From Balanoglossus misakiensis (Eukaryota; Animalia; Hemichordata): 64,000 nt of DNA. Below the pieces are notes generated by a model. It was not told the DNA's origin. It did not search any database and was given only the letters and a program-made list of their open reading frames with translations. The stretch spans positions 7,740,047-7,804,046 of the forward strand of contig CM082591.2 in assembly GCA_040954595.2 (NCBI GenBank). The letters are read 5' to 3'. Below, piece by piece: positions 25,801 through 37,700 of the stretch (its first letter is position 1; every line of letters begins with the position of its first letter). The translations under genes and the position numbers were made by a program.

Positions 25801-28800
25801 TCCTAGAATCTCAGTTGCTCATGCTTTGTGCATGAATGTAAAGCATGATTAGAACATGGATGTGTTTGAATGAGGCATTTTTGAAAGCCTTTGAATTTTA
25901 TAACATGGAAAATCCTGAAGAAGAAAAAATATCTGGATGGAAACTTGATCTAACCAATGAAGAAATCCTAGAATCTCAGTTGCTCATGCTTTGTGCATGA
26001 ATGTTAAGCATGATTAGCACATGGATGTGTTTGAATGAGGCATTTTTGAAAGCCTTTGAATTTTATAACATGGAAAATCCTGAAGAAAAAAAATTATCTC
26101 GATGGAAACTTGATCTAACCAATGAAGAAATCCTAGAATCTCAGTTGCTCATGCTTTGTGCATGAATGTTAAGCATGATTAGCACATGGATGTGTTTGAA
26201 TGAGGCATTTTTGAAAGCCTTTGAATTTTATAACATGGAAAATCCTGAAGAAAAAAAATTATCTGGATGGAAACTTGATCTAACCAATGAAGAAATCCTA
26301 GAATCTCAGTTGCTCATGCTTTGTGCATGAATGTAAAGCATGATTAGAACATGGATGTGTTTGAATGAGGCATTTTTGAAAGCCTTTGAATTTTATAACA
26401 TGGAAAATCCTGAAGAAAAAAAATTATCTCGATGGAAACTTGATCTAACCAATGAAGAAATCATAGAATCTCAGTTGCTCATGCTTTGTGCATGAATGTA
26501 AAGCATGATTAGCACATGGATGTGTTTGAATGAGGCATTTTTGAAAGCCTTTGAATTTTATAACATGGAAAATCCTGAAGAAGAAAAAATATCTGGATGG
26601 AAACTTGATCTAACCAATGAAGAAATCATAGAATCTCAGTTGCTCATGCTTTGTGCATGAATGTAAAGCATGATTAGCACATGGATGTGTTTGAATGAGG
26701 CATTTTTGAAAGCCTTTGAATTTTACAACATGGAAAATCCTGAAGAACAAAAAATATCTGGATGGAAACTTGATCTAACCAATGAAGAAATCATAGAATC
26801 TCAGTTGCTCATGCTTTGTGCATGAATGTAAAGCATGATTAGCACATGGATGTGTTTGAATGAGGCATTTTTGAAAGCCATTGAATTTTATAACATGGAA
26901 AATCCTGAAGAAAAAAAATTATCTGGATGGAAACTTGATCTAACCAATGAAGAAATCCTAGAATCTCAGTTGCTCATGCTTTGTGCATGAATATAAAGCA
27001 TGATTGATGTGTTTGAATGAGGCATTTTTGAAAGCCTTTGAATTTTATAACATGGAAAATCCTGAAGAAGAAAAAATATCTGGATGGAAACTTGATCTAA
27101 CCAATGAAGAAATCATAGAATCTCAGTTGCTCATGCTTTGTGCATGAATGTAAAGCATGATTAGCACATGGATGTGTTTGAATGAGGCATTTTTGAAAGC
27201 CATTGAATTTTATAACATGGAAAATCCTGAAGAAAAAAAATTATCTGGATGGAAACTTGATCTAACCAATGAAGAAATCCTAGAATCTCAGTTGCTCATG
27301 CTTTGTGCATGAATATAAAGCATGATTGATGTGTTTGAATGAGGCATTTTTGAAAGCCTTTGAATTTTATAACATGGAAAATCCTGAAGAACAAAAAATA
27401 TCTGGATGGAAACTTGATCTAACCAATGAAGAAATCCTAGAATCTCAGTTGCTCATGCTGTGTGCATGAATGTAAAGCATGATTATCACATGGATGTGTT
27501 TGAATGAGGCATTTTTGGAAGCCTTTGAATTTTATAACATGGAAAATCCTGAAGAAAAAAAATTATCTCGATGGAAACTTGATCTAACCAATGAAGAAAT
27601 CATAGAATCTCAGTTGCTCATGCTGTGTGCATGAATGTAAAGCATGATTAGCACATGGATGTGTTTGAATGAGGCATTTTTGAAAGCCTTTGAATTTTAT
27701 AACGTGGAAAATCCTGAAGAAAAACAAATTATCTGGATGGAAACTTGATCTAACCAATGAAGAAATCCTAGAATCTCAGTTGCTCATGCTTTGTGCATAA
27801 ATTTAAAGCATGATCAGCACATGGATGTGTTTGAATGAGGCATTTTTGAAAGCCTTTGAATTTTATAACGTGGAAAATCCTGAAGAAAAACAAATTATCT
27901 GGATGGAAACTTGATCTAACCAATGAAGAAATCCTAGAATCTCAGTTGCTCATGCTTTGTGCATAAATTTAAAGCATGATTAGCACATGGATGTGTTTGA
28001 ATGAGGCATTTTTGAAAGCCTTTGAATTTTATAACATGGAAAATCCTGAAGAACAAAAAATATCTGGATGGAAACTTGATCTAACAAATGAAGAAATCCT
28101 AGAATCTCAGTTGCTCATGCTTTGTGCATGAATGTTAAGCATGATTAGCACATGGATGTGTTTGAATGAGGCATTTTTGAAAGCCTTTGAATTTTATAAC
28201 ATGGAAAATCCTGAAGAACAAAAAATTATCTGGATGGAAACTTGATCTAACCAATGAAGAAATCCTAGAATCTCAGTTGCTCATGCTTTGTGCATGAATA
28301 TAAAGCATGATTGATGTGTTTGAATGAGGCATTTTTGAAAGCCTTTGAATTTTATAACATGGAAAATCCTGAAGAACAAAAAATATCTGGATGGAAACTT
28401 GATCTAACCAATGAAGAAATCCTAGAATCTCAGTTGCTCATGCTGTGTGCATGAATGTAAAGCATGATTATCACATGGATGTGTTTGAATGAGGCATTTT
28501 GGAAGCCTTTGAATTTTATAACATGGAAAATCCTGAAGAAAAAAAAAATATCTGGATGGAAACTTGATCTAACCAATGAAGAAATCCTAGAATCTCAGTT
28601 GCTCATGCTTTGTGCATGAATGTAAAGCATGATTAGCACATGGATGTGTTTGAATGAGGCATTTTTGAAAGCCTTTGAATTTTATAACATGGAAAATCCT
28701 GAAGAACAAAAAATATCTGGATGGAAACTTGATCTAACCAATGAAGAAATCCTAGAATCTCAGTTGCTCATGCTTTGTGCATGAATGTAAGCATGATTAG

Positions 28801-29433
28801 CACATGGATGTGTTTGAATGAGGCATTTTTGAAAGCCTTTGAATTTTATAACATGGAAAATCCTGAAGAACAAAAAATATCTGGATGGAAACTTGATCTA
28901 ACCAATGAAGAAATCCTAGAATCTCAGTTGCTCATGCTTTGTGCATGAATATAAAGCATGATTGATGTGTTTGAATTAGGCATTTTTGAAAGCCTTTGAA
29001 TTTTATAACATGGAAAATCCTGAAGAACAAAAAATATCTGGATGGAAACTTGATCTAACCAATGAAGAAATCCTAGAATCTCAGTTGCTCATGCTTTGTG
29101 CATGAATGTAAAGCATGATTATCACATGGATGTGTTTGAATGAGGCATTTTTGGAAGCCTTTGAATTTTATAACATGGAAAATCCTGAAGAAAAAAAAAA
29201 TATCTGGATGGAAACTTGATCTAACCAATGAAGAAATCATAGAATCTCAGTTGCTCATGCTTTGTGCACGAATGTAAGCATGATTAGCACATGGATGTGT
29301 TTGAATGAGGCATTTTTGAAAGCCTTTGAATTTTTTAACATGGAAAAATCCTGAAGAAAGAAAAAAAAATATCTGGATGGAAACTTGATCTAACTAATGA
29401 AGAAATCCTAGAATCTCAGTTGCTCATGCTTTG
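22870..29433. repeat. Satellite 2, ~165-bp monomer, ~40 copies
   Basis: ACATGGATGTGTTTGAATGAGGC recurs every 165-166 bp (660-bp line periodicity = 4 units). Confidence 0.98.
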
Positions 29434-30656
29434 TAATATAGTACAAATTCTAGATTACAACCGATGGGGTAACAGACTTGCAAAACTTTTCAAAAATATA
29501 TTCTACAATCATGGGATAGTTTTTCCATAAGTTCTTGCATCAAGTTCAATAGTAACACGACTCTCGACTATTGATAAAGTCAATGCCATATACAGATGTA
29601 TACTTTCTCAATTATGCATTCAAGTACATCTTAAATTGAAACAAATTCAAAGTATTATACAGCAAATACAAACAGACAGTGTAATTATTTACAAAACAAA
29701 TTCAAAAACTATGCCAGCCCCTAATTTTACTCCCCATAAAAATGTCACTATAGTTGTATACTCAAGTAACTTAACCGTACTTCACAAGAAAACAAAACAA
29801 TATACAGAATCATAAAATGTGCGCAAAAGTCATCGTTAGCCAAGCGTAGGAGGACTTCCCTCAAAACGTACACTTTGTACAGCTCTGGGCAACAGTTGGC
29901 CCAGTCGGCCTGATAGCAAAAATGGTCATAGCGCCCCCTGCTGACGGTGTGCCTTATGAACCAAGAATACTTTATCTTTTCGTAAAGTAGTTGACTTTCA
30001 GCCAGTACAGCAAATTTTTACTTTTGGAAATCCGGTGAAACAAAATAAAAATAGTCGACATTCTTTACATATCTCATAAAAACTGCAAAGTCATTCTGCA
30101 GCGTTGTAGTCTCATGTCAGAGTCTCGATCGAGCTAGCTGCAAGTGCGCCCTCTATACCGTTAAAAACAAAGATATGTAAAAGATTGTCGTTCACATCCC
30201 TTGTTCATATATTTTTGAAATAACAACAATTTCGGACTAACGAATGGTAATCTATATAAGTTACAACGCAATACATATCAGGCGATTTACAGGTAAGTTT
30301 TTAGAATTATTTTGCACACACAAATTGATGAAACGCCTTCATCCTTTCGGATGCAATGGAGATCTGTCGGGAAGTGGACTGTACATCATAACTTTCAGAC
30401 CCCTCCATGTCAAAATTCATGAAAAAAACGAGTAAAAATATTCCAAAACGACTCAGATTTGGATTATTTATACTCGTTACATGAAGCGACTGTAGGCTGA
30501 AATATTTTTTTTCCAAAATGAGCTTTGTAAATGTGGAAAAAAGAACCCAATTTTTGATTGTTTACATTCCAAGTTGACGGAATGCATTCAGTTTCAAACA
30601 GTCTTGTCTCAAAATCGCTCAAAATAAACTGCAAAAACAATTCAAAACAGCCTCAG

Positions 30657-30662
30657 TTTATT
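30657..30662 (-). promoter_or_regulatory. Candidate polyadenylation signal AATAAA
   Basis: TTTATT on + strand, about 230 nt downstream of the NHL exon stop codon. Confidence 0.35.
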
Positions 30663-30891
30663 ACGTCTTCACTCAGTACATGTAGCGACTGCACCTACAA
30701 TTAATTTCTGTTCTGAATTTTTCTTCAAAATGTGGAAAATAACTCCAAAAATTGTGAAAGTGACATTGGTTCAGTTTGAACTTTGTTGCCATGGCATGCG
30801 ATCAATCGTAAATTTATCGACGCAGCCTCTAAATTTTCTCCCAAATTTCACTTTTTTTGATGTCGTGTTGACATGCATTTCATGGTGATGT

Positions 30892-31712
30892 TTATGTCTG
30901 CTTGTGGAATACTTTGATTTGGATGCTTTCAAACTCTCTAACAGCAATTCTGTCACCGCTGACTGCAAGGAACTCAGGGAAGCCCACCCCCCCTTCAAAT
31001 AAGTGACAGATCCACTCTCCATCAAATCTCCATTTCACAATCCTATGATTCCACGAATCACACACAAACAAATTATCGTCGTCATCGACGTCAATGCTCC
31101 ATGGACGCCACAGCTGACCAGGACCTGAACCTTTCACACCAAATTGATACAAGAATTTCAATTCAGCATCAAAACACTTGATGCAGTAATTGCCACAGTC
31201 AGACACCATGATGACATTCTTACTGTTGACCACCACAGAGTATGGGAAACTGAATTGTGTTTGGCCACCACCCCAACCACCAACCTCTGCAACATACTGA
31301 CCATCTTGGGTGTACTTGAGTAGCCGATGACCTGCGACCTCAGTGACCAAAACAAATCCATTCAGTAGAGCGATGCCCCAAGCACTGACGCCTGCAGGTA
31401 GAGTAATTATTCTAAGAATTTTATTGTTTTGATCACAAACAACAATTTGAGAATTTCCACCATCATTTATGAAGTAGATGTTGTCATGGGAGACAGCTAC
31501 ATCCCGTGGCTGGAATGGCTTTGCAAACTGATCATCAAAACTTCCCAAGACTTTGTCACAGGTGTAATCTTGATTCAGTATCTGTACAACCCTGTTGTCT
31601 GTGTCACACACCACCAGTTTGTCACCATGGAACACCATACCTCTTGGTCCGTTAAACTTTCGCCCTGGCTTTGGACTTTGGCCATCCAGTGTCCTCACTG
31701 ACCAGTGGTGAC
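30892..31712 (-). CDS. Terminal exon: six NHL repeats (TRIM71/TRIM2-like propeller)
   Basis: Blades FNGPRGMVF, FQPRDVAV, AWGIAL, QFSFPYSVVV, QLWRPWSIDV..DSWNHRI, FPEFLAV; acceptor cctaacag| at 31713. Confidence 0.92.
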
Positions 31713-34700
31713 CTGTTAGGTGAAACAGAGGTCAAAGGTCAAACATGCTGTACCCTACTGAAATGCAAATTAGGAATACTCTAGAGTAAGTGTTTTATTG
31801 TTCATTTTAACAAGAGAAAGCGTATTACAAACAAAACGAATCATTGCTATGGCAACTGAACTACTAAAGGGCACATTCTCTACACAATGTTTACAGTGAC
31901 AAGTAACCATGGCAACCAGACTAACCCCCATTTTCTTGAACTATTTCTATTGCTCTGCAATACCAAGGGAAAATTTACTTTGTCTCTTTATTGACACGTT
32001 ATTATAAAATACATGAAAGACTTTCTTATTAACCATTCAATAGATATACTAACATTGATGTTGCTATGGTAACACATTTGAGGAAATCAGGTCAAAAATG
32101 ATATTTTTCTTGTAACTTTTGACTTCATAGACATTTCATAAAAAATCTTGGACTAAACTTCAGGGATAATTCCTCAGTTCATTATTTTTTGAACAAATTT
32201 ATTATGGTAACATTATTAACTGGTAACCATGACAACTGAATTTATTTTGCAAAATATGGCATTATGCAAGAGGAAATCAGGTCAAAAATAATATTTTTCT
32301 TGTAACTTTTGACTTCATAGACATTTCATAAAAAATCTTGGACTAAACTTCAGGGATAATTCCTCAGTTCATTATTTTTTGAACAAATTTATTATGGTAA
32401 CATTATTAACTGGTAACCATGACAACTGAATTTATTTTGCAAAATATGGCATTATGCAAGAGGAAATCAGGTCAAAAATAATATTTTTCTTGTAACTTTT
32501 GACTTCATAGACATTTCATAAAAAATCTTGAACTAAACTTCAGGGATAATTTCTCAGTTCATTATTTTTCTGAAAAAAGTTATTATGGTAACATTATTAA
32601 CTGGTAACCATGACAACTGAATTTATTTTGCAAAATATGGCATTATGCAAGAGTTAGTGTTTAATAAAACTTCTTTTAACAAGTTGAATTAATGCTTGGA
32701 TAAATTTTCTGCCAAAGTACTCTATATGTTTGAAGTTTTTTCAATACCAAATAACCATGGTAACATACATGGAACAGATCAGTTAAGCAATGATCATTGT
32801 CTTTTAATTTTAAAGATGGTTATGTTGAATATATTTGTTTTAATATTTCTTAATAACATGGTTACAATCATTTTGAACCACATACACATACACTAGTTAG
32901 TAGGTCAGCAAGTTCTTGGTTTGTGTTATAGGTCGGAAAAGAAAAATGCCTTATGAATGAGATGAATATATATTTGTTTCTTTTTCTAGTCGACCAGAGA
33001 TGATCTGCTTTCAAATCAGTAATTATCACATTGGTGAAGAGAGAACAAATCTACTGTCCTTAGCTGAGAAGGCTGCCACTTTCTGAGACCAAGTGAGTAT
33101 TTTTGTTGAACAAATGCATGAGAAAATAATCGTTGTAACTTTAACTTCAGAGAATTTACTGATTATGTTGTCCTATAATAGTGGGCTACTTGAAACGAAA
33201 ATAGGCTATTGAAAATGGTAAAATATTTTGAGTCGAAAATCTATCTGAAAGAAGTTTGTTAATCATTGCAGATGATCTGAAAGATGGAAAACCTGCAGTC
33301 ACTTAGGATGAGTCATGATAAATAGTCTGTCTCAACACCACTGGCTGTTCCAGATTTTCATTTAGATAAAAAATATTGGTAAGTCCCTAATTTGAATTTC
33401 ATAATTTAAATTGTACTATGAATGCAGTGGGGTAAGCTAAATGTATAAAACATTTTCGTACAGGGCTATTAACCCTATTACCACCATGGTTTGGTCCAAG
33501 TCCATCATTTTCTATGGTAAATGTGGATCTCTATAGAGGGAACTATGGGGTATAGGGTTAACATGGGATCCTTGAGGAAACACTGAAAGACTATTAGCCA
33601 CTGATGCTTTACTCTGAACAGATGATTCCAGTGAAATGTGTACTTTTACAGTTAGCCTCGACATTTTCTGAGCATGTCAGGTTTCATTGCCTTACCTTTC
33701 TCACCTGTAGTCTGTCTTTCTTTTGACTTTGGTTCATCTTGTTTGGTTAGGTCTGCAGACCCAGATGCCTCTTCTCTTGTTGTCTCAGGTTGTGTTGGTT
33801 TGGTTTTGGCATCCCCAGTTTCTTTTTCCTCAGTTGTCTCTGGTTGTGGATGTTTGGTTTCCCCCGATCCAGTTTCTTCTTCTCTTCTCATCTCAGGTTG
33901 TGTTGGTTTGATTTTGGCATCCCCAGTTTCTTTTTCTGCAGTTGTCTCTGGTTGTGGATGTTTGGTTTCCCCCGATCCAGTTTCTTCTTCTCTTCTCATC
34001 TCAGGTTGTGTTGGTTTGATTTTGGCATCCCCACTTTCTTTTTCTGCAGTTGTCTCTGGTTGTGGATGTTTGGTTTCCCCCGATCCAGTTTCTTCTTCTC
34101 TTCTCATCTCTGGTTGTGTTGGTTTGGTTTTGGCATCCCCAGTTTCTTTTTCTGCAGTTGTCTCAGGTTGTGGATGTTTGGTTTCCCCCGATCCAGTTTC
34201 TTCTTCTCTTCTCATCTCAGGTTGTGTTGGTTTGATTTTGGCATCCCCAGTTTCTTTTTCTGCAGTTGTCTCTGGTTGTGGATGTTTGGTTTCCCCCGAT
34301 CCAGTTTCTTCTTCTCTTCTCATCTCAGGTTGTGTTGGTTTGGTTTTGGCATCCCCAGTTTCTTTTTCTGCAGTTGTCTCAGTTTGTGGATGTTTGGTTT
34401 CCCCCGATCCAGTTTCTTCTTCTCTTCTCATCTCAGGTTGTGTTGGTTTGGTTTTGGCATCCCCAGTTTCTTTTTCTGCAGTTGTCTCTGGTTGTGGATG
34501 TTTGGTTTCCCCCGATCCAGTTTCTTCTTCTCTTCTCATCTCAGGTTGTGTTGGTTTGGTTTTGGCATCCCCAGTTTCTTTTTCTGCAGTTGTTTCAGTA
34601 TCACCAGCTTTAATTAGAAATTGAAATGAGAAGACAAAAATTGAATTCCCCTGAGATTGTTAATAACTGTATCTTCTGAAGCCTTGATAAACAGTGTTGA

Positions 34701-37700
34701 AAATTAAACAGAATATGGTGACCTCAGTTTAAAGTTGAAAAAAATCAGAAACATTCTCGTATACAGAAATAATAGTGAAAATTGAAGCAACAAGATAAAA
34801 TGAAAGCCAATATGGTACATCCTCTGGATTGTTGTAATCATCAGCATGTCTCATTTACAAGGCTTAATAATAATATGAACCAGCCATTGTTTATGTCACA
34901 TGTGACCACATCCCAAAGTAAAACTTAAAATCAATCTCACCTTGTTCAGTTTTCAATGTGATCTCTTCTCCCAGTTGAAGAGCCATAGCCTTTTTCAGTT
35001 GCAGCTCATTATCATATTGCTCATCATGTTTTTTTGATAATTTCAACTTGAGTTCAGCAATTATTTGGTCTTTCTGATCAAGTTTGGACTTCAACTCTTG
35101 GATATGTCTAGGGTCTGATTCTTCTAATCTTTGCTTGAGGGAAATGACATCCAGAAGTTGTGTGAAAGCTACTTTTTCAGTTTTTTCAAGTTTCTGAACA
35201 CAATCTTTGTACTGCTTTTCTAAGAGGGACTTTTCCTGAATTGCTTCTTTCAACTGATTCTCTAGAATCGTGTTTTCTGCTCGAAGTTTGAACTTTTCTG
35301 CCAAGGTCTCATCCATCTGCTGTTTTAGAGATTTCGTATCTGATTTCAAGGATTGCATTTCTTGGAACTGTTTTAGACTAACTTCAAAGGGCAGTAAGCT
35401 TTGTGCTTGTGAGCTGATAGATTCATGTGGAATGGAAAGAACTGGTGTGCCATATTGTATGATTTTTCCCTCCAAATCTGAAATGAAGTAGATTTAATAA
35501 TTATTATTTAAATGTAGGATGTACATTTCGCAATCTGCAGATCTGAGTAGATGCTGTTGCCAAATACTTTCACATTTATTATTTAGATCTGTGAAGTAAA
35601 TTTCACCAAATTATTGAACTAGGTATAATATGCAGGAAACATTGGCTGTCAAATTCCATGAATTTTGAATGTGCCAGTTTTATATTTTGATAGAAAATTT
35701 ACTGAGCGATGTATGGGAATAATTGTTCCTTGAGAGTATTGATTTTTGAGAACGAGGAAAATGTTTGCTGTACTATTGGCTGTTTTGTAAAAGTACCACT
35801 ACCACAGAAAAGCTCACACCTCGTATCTTGGTACTGAAAGGAAAACATTTTCAGACTCCCAGAGGTTCTGTGAAACCTTTGGAGTCATGTGTAATATGCT
35901 TGTCAGACTTGGTGACTAAATTGCTGTTTGGTAATGTTTTAAAAATCACTGTTTATTACCTGATTCACTGAAATCAGCCCTTTCTGTGTCAGTCATAAGA
36001 TACCTTCTTACACCCAGTAACTCTAAGACTTGAGGTCTGTGAGATAGGATATGCTGAACTTTCTTGGTCATTTTCCCTGATAGTTGTATGATGTCAAACT
36101 CTCTTCCTTTCTGTCTTTTACACTGCTCACTGTCAAATATCTGAGGTGCATATTTGTCTGCTGACTTCTGGAATTCATGTATCCGATCAATCTCAAGAAA
36201 CAACTTGGATAATGTCCCACCTGCAAAACATACAAATCCTGTTACCTTCAATTTTGTTCTGAAAAAACTTAAGAATGATGCCTTTAGATGTGTTAAATGA
36301 TTTCTATCTAAACGGCCAAAACGACGCCATTGCCCATGATTTAAATGACAGTAAGGTAGGTTTAGAAAATTCAAATGATGACAAACCAAAATCTTATATT
36401 CACCTTGTTTCTGGTCAGTCTGAAAATGATCAGAACCGATTTCCATCTCTGCATCTTGGAAAGCCACACAAGTTCTGTGAAACTTTATTGGAAATGTAAT
36501 AATTATGGTTTAGTGGTAAAAGCAACAAATATGTGGAAATCGTTTATGACCCAGGTAATAGAAATGTAATACATGTATCAGGACATTACAGTCTTCCATT
36601 CAATCATTAAATGCATAAATTTACTATAATGCTTTACTGCGTTTGTCATTAGTTTGATGTGCTAGATCATTTACTCCCTATAATAACACAATCTAATGTA
36701 CCTCATCCATTATTTCATCAACACTTTCCTCTTCTACTCTATCATCATATTCCGGTATTTCCACTGGGCCTATTCCCCCACCATCTCCTGAAAGACAATA
36801 AATGGGAAAAGTCATGAAGTACAGTCTGATGTTTTGAAAGAAAGAATGTATGTCTAAACTTTGAGCATTTAACTTATTAATACTACAACTTAATTAGCCA
36901 TGCAAAATACTCTCTTATTTTGTTCATTGGGTTGTAATAAGTAATACTTTAAAATATCAGAAACCTGAGGACAAACTTACTGTTCAGAAAGAATAGTTCC
37001 AGTTCATCAAACCTGGCTTGGTCATATGTCGCTGTCAACTGTAGTGGAATTCCAGTTCTGTTGGCCTCCTCTCCCATTTCATCTGTTATCAAGATTGGTT
37101 CAAACGCTTCAGGTAAACTTCTTGATTGACAGGTTGCCCGCAATTTAAAGAGATTAAAAAGTACAGGCGTGTTTACTGTGATTTGCAGTGATCCCTCCTT
37201 CATATCGGTTACGTCCACTTCACCCATTATGTCAGTGCAGGCCTTCTTGACTTTGTTGATGTCATCACCATTGGTTACCACTTCAGCTGCTTTTCTCTCC
37301 AACCCCTGATTGCATTTGTCCCAAGATGCAGAAGCCGCCTGCTGCATTGCCTCGTTCGGTGCTTCGTCTTGTAGATGCTGCTGATAGGCATTTTCATCCA
37401 GTCTGAGATGAAATGAAATGGTTGTGTCTTCAAGGTTTTCTGTCTTTTGTAGTGGCTCTGCTGCCATACTTGATACCACATCCTCCTCATCGTGAATCTT
37501 CTCTATTTGCTTGTTGTTGTCGTTACTATTGGTTACTGCCTCCTCTGCTTTTCTCTTCACTGGTTGTTGCCTTGGTAGCTGATCTGCTCCATTCTGTCCA
37601 GCGTTCATGGGATTTTGGTGATTGACATCTTCGTCTGGAATGATCAGAATAATACAGGGTGCAGAAATAAAGCTAGGTTAGTTTAAAGCAATAAGGTACT

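Noticed and set aside
22683-25835. Repeated 'MISSLVRSS...' ORFs
   Set aside because: Chance frames in satellite 2.
30892-31698. Stand-alone TRIM71/brat ortholog
   Set aside because: No RING, B-box or filamin exons; the ORF starts at a splice acceptor in phase with the upstream repeat exon.
33674-34624. Long + strand Cys/Ser/Phe-rich ORFs (316 and 275 aa)
   Set aside because: Antisense shadows of the 108-bp coding repeat; splice sites and phase support the minus strand.
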